Program-made: the position numbers and the translations under genes | In this document: positions 8,801-20,140 of the stretch, one piece after another | How the letters are laid out: every line of letters starts with the position of its first letter | Numbering within the stretch: the stretch's first letter is position 1 | Assembly: GCA_963676915.2 (NCBI GenBank) | Contig: CAXXVK010000067.1 | Span: forward strand, 183,912-247,911 | Direction: 5' to 3' | DNA: 64,000 nucleotides | Source of the DNA: Myxococcota bacterium | Lineage (GTDB): Bacteria > Myxococcota_A > SURF-8 > G963663525 | The notes under the pieces: model-generated | Database searches by the model: none | What the model was told of the DNA's origin: nothing | What the model saw: only the letters and a program-made list of their open reading frames with translations

Positions 8801-11685
8801 TGCTTTTACAGTATTCATCGTCTCCGCAGTCCTCATCGGAATTGCAGGAGGGGGCGGATGTGCCGGAAGGGGCGGAGCTTCCCCGACACATTCCATCGAT
8901 GCATTTGGTGTTTACCGTGCACGGGTTGTTGTCGTCGCAAACGGTATCGTTGGCCATGGCTGCTCCCGTGCATTCTCCTGCGTCGCAGGCATCGCCGGAT
9001 GTGCAGGGATCGCCATCGTCGCAGGTCGTTCCCGTCATCGCTGTGCCTGTGCATTCGCCTTCGGAACAACTATCGTCGGATGTGCAGGGGTTGCCGTCAT
9101 CACAGGAAGGAGAGCCATCTATGGGAGGGAATTCACAGCCGGTTTCCGTGCAGGTGTCCTGAGTGCAGGGGTTGAAGTCGTTGCACGTTGTCCCGCAGGC
9201 TTCGTACAGGCAGTCGGAAGGACAGTTGAGGAACGTTTCGCCGGGATCGCAGGTCGCATTTCCGCAAGGTTGAGCGAACGTAAGATCCATCACGAAAGAT
9301 CCGGTGTTTTCAGTGCTGCGGCCATCGACGAGCAGGAAATACGTCGTTGCCGTTTCCGGGTCCAGCAATTGAGTCGAAAATCCCGAGGTGTGGCTTTGGT
9401 ATTCGGCGTTTCCGCAAACCACTTCCGATCCGGGACAGTTTCCAGCCATCAGGTACAGTGCAGCGGGGAATCCGTCGAATGCGACTTCCACGGTGGTCAG
9501 TGTATCGATTTCGAAGGTGTACGCCAGATCCGGGGCTTCGGAGCCGCAGGACCACGAAAAATCGTTTGTGGCGCGTGATGTCCAATCGACGATGTGTTGT
9601 GTTCCCGGTTCGGCGGAAATTTCGAGTGCTCCACTACAACTATCCTGGGGTTGAGCGCAGCTTGGGCAGTCGGTTTCACACCAATAGCAATTTTCCGTGG
9701 GATCGCAGGTTCCATCGCCGCAGTAGCTTTCTTCGTTGGTGCAATCCGTGGGGCAACTCCAGTGATCTTCTCCCGTTTCGCAAAACGAGTTTCCGCACTG
9801 GGTGGGAACGAGTGTCCGCATCATTCAGTGTTTGTACGAGAAAACCGCTGGAAAGGAATAGATTCGATTCGCCCTCGGACGGTGCAGCGGCGGCTGTTGC
9901 GTCGATGGTGAGTGTCCACGTTCCCGAAGCCCACAATTCTCCGTTGAATACCGATAGATCCGCAGCCACATGATGACCGTACGTAGCTTTCAGGTGATAG
10001 CCTTCTCCTGCGAGGGGATCGAGGGAAATCGACGTTCCCGTGGGAGATTGCAGCGTAATCGACAGATTTTCGGGATCGGTGTGAAGCAGTTCCAATTCGA
10101 AGCGAAGATTCTGAATTTTTTTCGTTTCATCGTTACTTAGAACATCCAATTCGACGATCAGGGCTTCATCCGTGGGAATCACGAGACCGTTTGGAGAATC
10201 GAAGTGCTCGAATTCCGTCCACTGGGTGTCGTTCCAATCCTGAAGCCAAAGGTTCGATTGACGCCGGGTCACGACACTCGACCGTGTATCGTTTGTGGGG
10301 CGACCGCTCATGCGGAGAAACGACAAAAGAGACGTGGCGTCGCTCCAAGGTCCGCTGTCATCTCCGAGATACGCTGCCAGCGCTCCGGCTACGAATGCCG
10401 CCGCCTGGCTGGTTCCGGCGCGCATGACTTCCGGGTCGGTGGTGACGATGGCACCGGGTGCCCAGAGGTCGATCATGTTGCAGGCATTCGAGAACCCGCC
10501 GATATCTCCGACATCGAAATTGTTGTCCGTGTAGCTGGAGAAAAATCCGAACGATGGTCCTTTGAAATCGTAGGTTGCGCCAACGGCTACCGAACGTCGG
10601 GAGCAGGCCGGATAGGAAACCTGTGAAATGTCGGCCTGATTGCCGCTGGGTGTGACAACGGTAATGCCTTCATCGAACAGCGTTTGATCGATCAGGCTGG
10701 GAAGCGTCTGGTTTTCGCAGTATCCCGGATGAAAGCCGGATTCGTTGGAAGCTGCAAGCAGTACAATGCTGACATTGAGGTCTTCCTCGACTTTACGTCG
10801 CAAAACGTCGTTGAGGGCGATCTCGGGGGAGAAATCCCGGACGCTGTCCGTTTCGAAAATATCGTACGCGATGATTTCGGCTTCGGGAGCCATGTTGTGA
10901 ACGATACCCGCCGTGCTGGTACCGTGCAGCAAGTTGTCCAACTGCCCGTCGGTGGCGGCTGTTTCATTCACATCCAGGACGGCGCAATTGCCGGTCGGCT
11001 TGCCGAATTCGTTCGATTCCTCGCAATTGAACGGGGCTTTTGTGAAATCCAGCCCGGTATCCAGTACGGCTACGACCATACCCGCGCCGCTGTGTTGCAA
11101 GGGTTGCTCTGGATCGGTTTCGACACCTTGGAAACGGGGCCAGTCGATGGCTTCGGAGCTTTCCGCCCAAGCAGGAGACAGATGGTAAGGAAGGTAAATT
11201 CCTTTGATTTCTGAAAAGTTCGCGGCCTGAACGAGAGCGAATGCAGAACCTTCAATCGCCAGCGCATCCAGATAAGGAAGAGAGTGGACGGTACGGATCC
11301 CCAATGTTTCCAGTTCAGGAATAAGCAACTTTTGTGTTTGTTGCATGGCTTGCCGACGCATCACACGAGCGGCTTGACGTGCTTTGATATCGTTTGGCGC
11401 AGTTTTGGACGATTTGGAAAGCCGGAAAGCGGTCAACGTTGATTGAGTCGTCAGGTTGACGGGGCGTTCGAGGACGATCACAGCCCTTTGGTTCTCGAAA
11501 GGATTTTCAAGTGCAGCTTTTTTAAGCTTTTCTCCCAGTTTGACGAAAACGAGATCGTGCGTTGCGGGATCGCTCTGGAGGGTTTCGGGCGGAGCGTCGG
11601 CAAAGGTACTCCAAGGTGCAAAGCTTAATACCGAAGCTGCGACAACGATTGCAACAATCGGAATCCATTGGGAATGCCTGATCAT
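5849..11685 (-). CDS. Giant surface-anchored S8 (subtilisin) peptidase with P-domain, Cys-rich DGxxCTxDxC repeats and MYXO-CTERM-like tail; split by two frameshifts (~9815, ~8632)
   Basis: ORFs 9676-11685, 8601-9824 and 5849-8896 join into one continuous architecture. Triad VLDTG / HGTSTAG / AGTSQAA, oxyanion SGN; P-domain (LSITLQSPTGT, GTWTLTI); C-terminus GGCQSA..WILLWLVGLGFFVLRKRK. Confidence 0.8.
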
Positions 11686-11929
11686 ATTGAATTCTCCCAC
11701 TACCCTTCGCAACGACGAACGGTTCAACGATCTGAGGAGTCCGGTTTTCCTTAAAACGTCTCCACCACCTATGGGATTGGACGTAGAAAGCACCATCGAT
11801 TTTCCGCTCGAACAGACGGAATGGAACCTTTTTACCGGAAATGTGTTCCTTTTTCATTATAATTTACTCCAATGTCGTACAATGGTCAAAGGACGTTCAA
11901 TAAGAAACGAAATCGAAGCGGGAATTCGT

Positions 11930-13399
11930 ATGCAACCGATCAATCATGTGGAACTTGAAGCCGTCATTTCGGAGTTGAAACAACTGGCAGGCTCCATGTT
12001 GCAAGGCGTTCGTCAACCCGAAGCCAACGTCTTGATTCTTGAATTTCACCACCCGGAGCACGGTTCGAAAAAACTGCTGGTCAATGCCGACGATGATCGC
12101 AGCCGCCTGCATCTGGTTGAAAGACACCCTCGTTCTCCCGCTACTCCTTATGGTTTCTGTCAGTTGTTGCGCAATCGCTTGTTGCCATCGCGCCTTGTCG
12201 ATATTGAGCAGGTGCCGAACGATCGAGTGGTGATCCTGACGGTACAGGTTCGGCAAGAGGACGGTTTGCAGACATTTCGGCTGGTAGCCGAACTGACGGC
12301 TCGTCACGCGAATCTCTTGTTGCTGGACGAACGGGATACGATTCATGGCTTGTTACGAGGCAATCGCTCGCGGAAAAGGCGTTTGACTCCCGGCCAGACC
12401 TACGAGCCGGTTCAACCGTTTGTTCCTTCCAAAACCATTGTGGCGCGCTTTGCTCCCGGTGATACCACGTCTCCTTTTGCCTGGAATGAGACGGCTGATG
12501 TCTGGTTCGGTATGGCCGAGCGTCATGTGCGGCAGGAAAGAGAATGGAACCGGCTGAAGAGGTTGTGGAAAACGTCGGTCAAAAAGCTGGAACGCAGCAG
12601 GCTTGCGTTGGAAAAAGACCGGAATAAAGCTTTAAAAGATGCGAATAGGCGACGTGATGCCGACCTGATGCAGATCCACTTTCAGCGTTTGGTAAAAGGG
12701 CAGAAGCAGATCGAAGTGGATGATATCATTGAAAATTCCGGGAAGGTTACGATTGCGTTGGATACATCGCTCACACCTCGGGAAAATATTGAGAAACTGT
12801 ACCGAAAAGCCAAGAAAGCCGAGCGTGCAGGACCGTTGCTCGACCATCGGCAGAAAGAACTCGACGATCTGGAAGACCGTCTTTCCGGGATCGGTGAGCT
12901 TTTCGACCTGACACCTGACCGGGAGATTCTCCAGCGCTTACGGTCTCTTTTGGAACCTTCACAGCCTGCAACGAAGGTGAAGAAGACATCATCCGGAAAG
13001 GCGTTGCCTTTTAAAAGATTTCTTTCTGCGTCGGGACAGGAAATCTGGGTTGGTCGCAATGCCAAAGAAAACGACAGGCTCACCGTGCAAAGCAGCAAAG
13101 GGGATGATTTCTGGTACCACGCCAGGGGATGGGCCGGTTCCCACGTGTTGGTTCCCATGCGCCGAAACAAGGATCTCGATCCGCAGACACACCTCGATGC
13201 CGCAACGCTTGCCGCTCATTACAGCAAGGCTCGTGGAGAGTCGGCGGAAGTGATGTATACCCGCGCTCGGTATGTTAGAAAAACAAAAGGTGCACCTGCA
13301 GGTGAAGTTTTTGTTTCAAAAAGCAAAACAATCTATATAATTCCTGAAAAAGAGCGTCTTAAACGATTAAAGCGGTCACGTATCGACGAAAACCATTGA
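11930..13399 (+). CDS. NFACT/RqcH (Rqc2, FbpA) family ribosome quality control protein
   Basis: NDRVVIL, AELTARHANL, IWVGRNAKEND, WYHARGWAGSHV, AATLAAHYSKAR motifs. Confidence 0.88.
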   Translation: MQPINHVELEAVISELKQLAGSMLQGVRQPEANVLILEFHHPEHGSKKLLVNADDDRSRLHLVERHPRSPATPYGFCQLLRNRLLPSRLVDIEQVPNDRVVILTVQVRQEDGLQTFRLVAELTARHANLLLLDERDTIHGLLRGNRSRKRRLTPGQTYEPVQPFVPSKTIVARFAPGDTTSPFAWNETADVWFGMAERHVRQEREWNRLKRLWKTSVKKLERSRLALEKDRNKALKDANRRRDADLMQIHFQRLVKGQKQIEVDDIIENSGKVTIALDTSLTPRENIEKLYRKAKKAERAGPLLDHRQKELDDLEDRLSGIGELFDLTPDREILQRLRSLLEPSQPATKVKKTSSGKALPFKRFLSASGQEIWVGRNAKENDRLTVQSSKGDDFWYHARGWAGSHVLVPMRRNKDLDPQTHLDAATLAAHYSKARGESAEVMYTRARYVRKTKGAPAGEVFVSKSKTIYIIPEKERLKRLKRSRIDENH

Positions 13400-13555
13400 T
13401 TTGATTTCGAACGCACCATCTTGCAGGATGCGAAAAGGTGCGGACCGATAAGTGACTTTGGGGGTGGGGGGTAAAGGAACGACAGTCCTAACGTTGTGTT
13501 TTGCCTGCGTTTGTACATTCTTTTATTTGGAGGCTTAGTCCCAGGAGTATGTTTC

Positions 13556-13931
13556 ATGAAGTTAACTGCCCAGATTTCTTACGCTTTTGAAGCCCTGCTC
13601 GATATCGCTGAGCGTCATGGTGACCGAAAGCCCGTCAACTTGAAGGAAATTTCGAAGCGTCACAGTATTCCGGAAAAATACCTGCTGCAAGTGATGGTCA
13701 AGCTGAAAAAGAAGGTTTGGTCTATTCGCGTCGTGGATTGGGCGGCGGTTTCCGGCTGGCGGTCAATCCTGAAGAGATTTCCATGAAAGACGTTGTGAAG
13801 ATTCTGGGGCATTCCCGGAATAACGGAAATCACACCCAACCGAAACTCGACACCATTTGGAATCGGGCCAACGAAGCGTTTATCAAGAGTTGTCCAATTA
13901 CAACCTGAGCAATCTTATCGACAAACGGTAG
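13556..13931 (+). CDS. Rrf2-family transcriptional regulator (two apparent frameshifts, ~13710 and ~13888)
   Basis: MKLTAQISYA..IPEKYLLQVMVKLKK + GLVYSRRGLGGGFRL; tail LSNYNLSNLIDKR* in a third frame. No Cys triad seen (CymR-like rather than IscR-like). Confidence 0.8.
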
Positions 13932-14004
13932 GTTTTATCCTGTTTGTCGTTTGATGAATTCCCTGTGAATTCGTAGGGTTACCCGTATTTGTATCGGGGC
14001 TGGG

Positions 14005-14800
14005 TTATTGTGGGCTTATCGGTGGGGCGTGGCAACTTGATGGACAGTGGCAACAATTGCAACAACATATGCACGTCGAGCAATCCACATTTCTGCAAGA
14101 ATCGGGATAATCCCAATTATATGTAGGATTCGTTCCAGGGTAAATTCTATGGATCTTCGGCGGTGTTTCCTCCCCTGTAACCGACATCTGATCGGTTGTG
14201 GATACGCCGGTTGCGTTGGGGGAGGGCGGTGTGCCTCCGCCGGTGTCGATGCCGCCGATTCTCGCACCCGTTGCAGACTGCTGGCCATGGTGGCGTCTGC
14301 TAACGTAAGGGTCTGGTGAAGGGCGTCGAGTGGGTCGCCTTGTTGACGGCTTTCCTCTTTTTGGGCTGTTTCATTTTGTTTTTTGGAGGATGTCTCTTCT
14401 GTTGCCGGTTCAGTTTCTATGAGAGGGCGAGAAAGTATCGCATAGGAAACCCGTGCCGTTTTTTCGAGGATGGCTTGATATTCCTCCATACATTGATCGT
14501 TTTTACAGTTTTTCAGCAAATTTCTGACGCGAATCAGCGCAAGTTTCAACTTTGTGAGTTTTTGCCACTCGTTTTTGTAGATTTTTTCTTTTTCGTCGTC
14601 TTTTTCTTCGGATAGCAGCTTTTGCAACTCGATGATCCGATCTTCCACGTCAAGCAGTTTGTGGTCGAGCGAGCTTTGCCATTCGGTTACTGAGGATGGT
14701 TGTTTCTTTTCTCTTTTCTCTTCCGCAAAAACGTTCGGAACTACGCCACTAGCCATAATGTGATGGCTAACAGCCCGAATGATACGATTCGATTGCACAT
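14005..14800 (-). CDS. Secreted coiled-coil protein with Cys-rich C-terminal tail (reconstructed across frameshifts at ~14745 and ~14220)
   Basis: AGGAG RBS then MCNRIVSFGLLAITLWLV(G)VVPNVFA-EEK signal peptide; helical body; alternative frame ends CRNVDCSTCICCCNCCHCPSSCHAPPISPQ*. Confidence 0.55.
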
Positions 14801-15005
14801 CGTGACGCTCTCCTGTTTTCGATAAACCTTCCCCTCCGAAAATCCGGTGAATTTTCGCCCGATGATGCTGTGCGTATGTTCCGAAGGTCGTTTCCTCTGG
14901 TCATTGCGCCGATGATTCTCCGACGCATTGCCTTCCTGATATATTGGTGGGAAGGATGGGAAAAGCGGATGAAAATAACTGGGCCACTATTCAAGAAGAT
15001 GAAAA

Positions 15006-15211
15006 AACGCATGGAGCAGGATACAATCCCAATGCAATTGACTTAGAGCCTATTAGCGGGTGCCACGGTCTTCGATTTGAAGAATCGATGGCCGTGCAAC
15101 TTATTGGAATCTCACGGCCATTGCCCTGCGGGAAAAGACCGTGCCACCCACCTGAAAACAGTTTTTTCACTTAAGTCAACAGCATTGAGATACAATCCTG
15201 CTCCATGCGTT
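15006..15211. mobile_element. MITE/REPIN-like non-coding element with ~40-bp imperfect terminal inverted repeats and nested internal stems
   Basis: aacgcatggagcaggat..gactta (15006-15045) vs taagtc..atcctgctccatgcgtt (15172-15211); inner gggtgccacggtctt / aagaccgtgccaccc; atggccgtg / cacggccat. Confidence 0.6.
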
Positions 15212-15248
15212 AGCGACATAAGAGTAGCGATTTTCCCGCTTTCGAAAA

Positions 15249-16768
15249 CTACCAAGTCACATTATACAGTCCCTGGAAGCGGTCTTTCAGATACTCGGCG
15301 AAATAGACGGGATTGAGGGTTTCACCGCTGACGCGCACGGCCAGCTCGTCGGTGGTGTACCGTCGTCCGTGTCGGTGGATGTTTTCGTTCAACCACTTTT
15401 TGATGGGTGCGAATTCTCCTTTTTGAATCAAATCCTTGATATCCCCAAGCTCTTTCTGCATGGCGTGGGTCCACTGTGCGGCATAGAGGTTACCCAGCAG
15501 GTACGTAGGAAAATATCCGAACGACCCTAGCGACCAATGGATGTCCTGCAATACGCCGTCGGCATTGCATTGGGGGACGACTCCGAGGTATTCCTTCATT
15601 TTGCCGTTCCAGATCTCGGGCAGATCCTCGACCTTGGCGTTTCCGGCGAACAGGGCTTTTTCGATCTCGTAGCGAACGATCACATGCAGGTTGTAAGTTA
15701 CTTCGTCGGCTTCAACGCGGATCAACGACGGTTCTACCGCATTGATGGCGAAATGAAACTCATCGAGCGACACGTTGTCGAGGTTTTCGGGGAACAGCTT
15801 TGCAATTCAGGGTAAAAATACGTCCAGAACTCCCGGCTTCGTCCGACCTGGTTTTCCCAGAAACGGGATTGCGATTCGTGGTAACCCAGAGACAGTGAAT
15901 CGCCAAGCGGGGTTCCGGCGTATTTCACCGGCAAGCCTTGCTCGTACAAGGCATGTCCCGCCTCGTGAATCGTTCCGAAAAGGGACGAAGGAAGCCAGTT
16001 CACGCTATATCGCGTCGTAATACGCACGTCGCGAGGATCGAAACTGGAGGTGAACGGGTGGGCCGCTTCGTCGAGTCGTCCCGCCTGGAGGTCGTATCCC
16101 ATCTGTTTGAGAATCTGGTAGCCGATCGCTTCTTGTTGCGGGGCCGGGTAGTTTTTCTTCAGGATTTCAACGTTCGGTTTCCGGTCGGAACCCTGAATCG
16201 CCTGGGTGGCCTTGACGGATTGTTCGCGGGCGACTTCGATGACCGGGTCCAGTTTCTTTGTGGTTGCGCCAGGTTCGTATTGGTCCAGCAATGCGTCGTA
16301 AGGAACACCGCCTTCGTCGAAACCGATGGCTTTAGCTTCCTGTTTTTTCAATTCGACCAGTTTTGCCAGCAAAGGAGCGAAGGCGCTGAAATCATCGTTC
16401 TTACGCGATTCAACCCACACGACGTGAGCGCGTCCCGCTGTTTCGGTGAGTTCGCGAACCAGTTCGAGCGGAAGTTTGACGCTACGGTCCCGGTCCCTTT
16501 TTGTTTCGCGAACGAGAGCTTTTTGCTCGTCGTTCAATTCCTGCGACTGGGACAGGTCGTCGAGCAGTTCACCCAATGCAGGATCGCAATGTTTTTCATG
16601 AGCCAGACCGGCCAATACGGCCATCTGGCGAGAACGGGCGTCGTTGCCTTTGGGGGGCATGTATGTTTGTTGGTCCCATCCCAATAATCCGGTGGCCTGG
16701 TGGATGTCGGCGATGTCTCGGATAATGGAGACGAGTTTGTCGTATTTTTCGGCGGTTTTCGCGCTCAT
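15249..16768 (-). CDS. Carboxypeptidase, family M32 (Taq-like); frameshift at ~15800
   Basis: WDQQTYMP, HPF, DVRITTR, HEAGH zinc motif, HESQS, IRVEADEVTY, LQDIHWS, GYFPTY. Confidence 0.92.
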
Positions 16769-17043
16769 GATGACCTCTTTTCCGTTTGAATTCATTTCAA
16801 GAACTGTAAAGCCGGAGATTCAAAAGATCAAGTATCATTGCTTCGGTGGTTGCAGATAGGGCTTTTAGATTCTGAGAATATTAAGAAAGTTCAATGGTTT
16901 GTGGGTTGAATCGGAGGTTGGGAGGGTGATTTTCTTTGTTTCGATTTCGTCTCTTGGGAAATTTGCTTTTCTTTCCCAACAGGCTGGCGTTATACTACGG
17001 ATTGAATTTTTCCGATGGATTTCCGTTACCAAAGGAGTTCTTC

Positions 17044-18868
17044 GTGATTCTTTGTCCGAGATGTCACGCCGAAAATAAAGATGACGCACGATTTTGTGAA
17101 CGATGCGGGGAAAATCTGGCGGCTTTATCTCAAAAAAGCCAGGACCCATTCATCGGTCGGATTCTTTCCGATAAATACCTGATCCTCGATCATCTCGGGG
17201 ATGGTGGTATGGGGAAAGTCTACAAAGCCGAGCAGCTTTCGCTTTCGAAAAACATCGCCATCAAGATTTTGCACAAGGAACTGTTGAAAAACGATACTCA
17301 GGTCAAACGTTTTCAGCGCGAAGCTTTATTGGCGAGTCGTTTGGAACATCCCAATAGCATCAATATCATCGATTTCGGAAAGACCGAAGAAGGTGCGCAC
17401 TTTCTGGCGATGGAAGCGCTTTCCGGCGTGGAATTGTCGGACGTGATCAAAAAAGAATTTCCGCTCGAATGCGAACGTACGGTGCATATTCTGATGCAGG
17501 TCTGCTCGGTGCTTGCCGAGGCTCATGCCAACACCATCGTTCACCGGGATCTGAAGCCCGAGAACATCATGTTGATCGACCGCATGGAAGATCCCAACTT
17601 CGTGAAAGTTCTGGACTTCGGCATTGCAAAACTGCACGAACGGGACGAAAACGAGCCTGCCATCACCATGCAGGGAATGGTTTGCGGAACTCCCGAATAC
17701 ATGTCGCCCGAACAGGCCATGGGCAAAGAACTCGATCCTCGGACGGACCTGTATTCCCTGGGTTGCGTTTTGTACGAAATGATGACGCAGCAGGTGCCGT
17801 TTAAAAATCCGAATCCTCAAGCCTTGTTGGCGATGCACATCAAGGATAAACCGATTCCACCCAGCCAGCTGCGCCCCGAATTGGATATCAACCCGGATCT
17901 TGAAAAAATCGCCCTGAAGGCGATGAAAAAGAAGGTGGAAAACCGCTATCAGTCCTCGTTGGATATGCGTCAAGCCTTCGAGGCGTTGTTGATCGATGCA
18001 GGAAAATTCCGCCCGACCTCCGCTTCTCAGCCGATACCTACTCCTCCACCGCAACCGCCGGAACCACCCCAAAGTGGAAAGCTGAACAACATTCCGACGC
18101 AGTTCAAAACCTCGGATACGTCATCGTCGTCCATGGTTCCCGATCCCTATCAGTCGCAGCAACGGGGAGAGCCGGCTTCTACGGCAGAAATGCTTCGAGG
18201 TGGGAAAAAGGGAAGCAATTACGCCAAGATGATGATAGGTGCGGTAGCCGCGCTCGTGTTGGTCATCGGTGCTGTATGGGTAATGGGCGGGGAAGGCGGT
18301 GAGAGTCAGCAACAGGTTCCCGAGCCAAAAACGGTTCAAGCGAAAACGGCCAAGATGCCGGTGCCGGCTTTGGTGCCTCCTTCGCCGGACGTAGAAAAGG
18401 AACCGATTGCCAACGCGCCGGAACCAAAGCGTGAAGTTCCGAAAAAGAAATTTTCTCGGCCTGCTCGCAGCACGACTCCTAGAACGGAGGAAAACGGAAA
18501 AAACTCCTCCGCCGAGTGTCGCCGCCGTTCAGCCGGAACCCGAGCCGGAACCGGAACCGAAAAAAACGGTCGTAAAAGAGAAAAAAGAACCGAAACTCGA
18601 TGCTGCCACCCGAATGGAAAAAGCGCTCGAATATTACGAAAAAGGAAAAAAAGAATTTCGTAGCGGCAATGTCAGCGCTGCTATTCAAAATTACAAAAAA
18701 TCCCTCAAATACAACCCGAGATCTTCACGGACGAACAAAATGCTTGGGCAGGCGTACCAGAGCCAGGGAAAAAACGCACTGGCCAAAAAGCATTTCAAAT
18801 TGTACCTGCGGTACAATCCCAAAGCGCCGGATGCCGAGATCATCCAGAACTTGATCGATACTTTGTAA
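17044..18868 (+). CDS. Membrane Ser/Thr protein kinase with N-terminal double zinc ribbon and C-terminal extracytoplasmic TPR; frameshift at ~18495
   Basis: AGGAG RBS + GTG; CPRC..CERC; LGDGGMGKVY, HRDLKPEN, DFG, GTPEYMSPE; TM GAVAALVLVIGAVWVM; TPR tail in ORF 18407-18868. Confidence 0.88.
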
Positions 18869-18877
18869 GCATTGCCC

Positions 18878-19246
18878 ATGAACGCGATGATCGAATTTCT
18901 GGAAAGTATGGGATTGCTGGCGGTCGGTGTTGTCGTGGTCCTGGTTTTGCGTCGAATCCTGGCCGTGGAACCCCGCGAGGATGAGGAACTCAAGGCCGAT
19001 CCCGAACAATGGGCCGGTGCTGAACGCATCCAACCGGAAGATCTCGAAGCCGGGAATTTACTGCTTCGAAGCGATGGGCTGGTGCTCCGCTATCTGCGTA
19101 AAGCCGAACCGAACGAGTATTCCGAGCGCGAGGAATGGTTGTTCGAGCCGATCGAAGATGGCAAAGCCATCGAATTGCACGTGGGGATTCCCCGAGACGA
19201 ATTCGACGATATTCGCAGAATAGAAAATAACGAACAAAAAAGATGA
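18878..19246 (+). CDS. Hypothetical protein with N-terminal membrane anchor
   Basis: Single hydrophobic helix then acidic soluble domain; 9 bp after kinase stop. Confidence 0.6.
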   Translation: MNAMIEFLESMGLLAVGVVVVLVLRRILAVEPREDEELKADPEQWAGAERIQPEDLEAGNLLLRSDGLVLRYLRKAEPNEYSEREEWLFEPIEDGKAIELHVGIPRDEFDDIRRIENNEQKR

Positions 19247-19285
19247 GATCCCAAGCTGCATGTGTGGCTTACGGAGAAAAGCGAT

Positions 19286-19519
19286 ATGAAGGAAAAACGA
19301 TACGAAGAATTGATAGAACGGCTGGAAAGCATCGTCGAACAGCTTGAAAAAGGTGAAAAGCCGCTGGATGAGTCACTGGAACTATTTCAGGAAGGTGTCG
19401 CCTTGGTGAAGACGGCGACGAAGCGCTTGGACGGCGTCGAGAAAAAAGTGGAAATCCTGGTCAAAGACATTCGCAACGACGAGCATTTCGAAGATTTCCC
19501 CGAGGAAGATCAGGAATAA
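19286..19519 (+). CDS. xseB: Exodeoxyribonuclease VII small subunit
   Basis: YEELIERLESIVEQLEKGEKPLDESLELFQEGV..L..VEKKV signature. Confidence 0.93.
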   Translation: MKEKRYEELIERLESIVEQLEKGEKPLDESLELFQEGVALVKTATKRLDGVEKKVEILVKDIRNDEHFEDFPEEDQE

Positions 19520-19606
19520 CAGCGACAAGCTTTTATCTGTATCGATAGTGCCAGCCGAAAGGAACGACGGCCCATTTTTCCCTCTCAAGACAAATGGAAC
19601 ACGTGG

Positions 19607-20140
19607 GTGCTCGATCACGCGCACGGACTGAGACGGTGGTTCCGAATCTCTTCCTTTGCGGCGCTGGCCTGTTTCCTGTTTCTGGTGTTGCGTATCCGTT
19701 CCGTTCTCGAATCCAGCCAGAGTCCTTATGCCGATCTCGTGATTCCGCTTTATCTCGATTTTGCGTTGGTTTTCGTGCTCTTGCTGGTGTATCCGAGGGT
19801 TCGAATTCTGCTGTACATTCTTTCCGCTCCCAAATGTGCCGCGTTATTTGCCGATGCGATTTTCTGGTGGAAATCTGCCGCCGAAAGTATGGATGCCGCC
19901 TCGTTGATTCTTCCGCTGGGGTGGGCGTTGGCGCAAGCTGCTTTCGGTTTTGCGTATGGATTGTTGCTGTTTTTCATGCTGATGGTATTGGAGCCGCTTG
20001 AAGCTCGTCCGCAGCGGACTTTGAAAGGCAATGGTGACCATTTTCCAGCGTATTGGAATCGCAAACTGGATTTCTGGCTGACCTTCGGTTTCGTGGCCAT
20101 TTGGCTGGCGGTGGCGATGGCCAAGTGGTTGGGGGTGTGA
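19607..20140 (+). CDS. Hypothetical integral membrane protein
   Basis: 4-5 hydrophobic segments; stop overlaps tlyA start (TGATG). Confidence 0.6.
   Translation: MLDHAHGLRRWFRISSFAALACFLFLVLRIRSVLESSQSPYADLVIPLYLDFALVFVLLLVYPRVRILLYILSAPKCAALFADAIFWWKSAAESMDAASLILPLGWALAQAAFGFAYGLLLFFMLMVLEPLEARPQRTLKGNGDHFPAYWNRKLDFWLTFGFVAIWLAVAMAKWLGV

Noticed and set aside
6760-9200. Recurrent gtcgtcgca/catcgtcgca-like motifs as a possible CRISPR or tandem DNA repeat
   Set aside because: Degenerate and irregularly spaced; explained by C-D-D protein repeats in the subtilase.
11456-11929. N-terminal extension of the NFACT ORF
   Set aside because: Overlaps the divergent subtilase start; family similarity begins only near MQPINHVEL (11930).
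18524-18562. ccggaa/ccgag short tandem repeat
   Set aside because: Encodes the PEPEPEPEP linker of the kinase.
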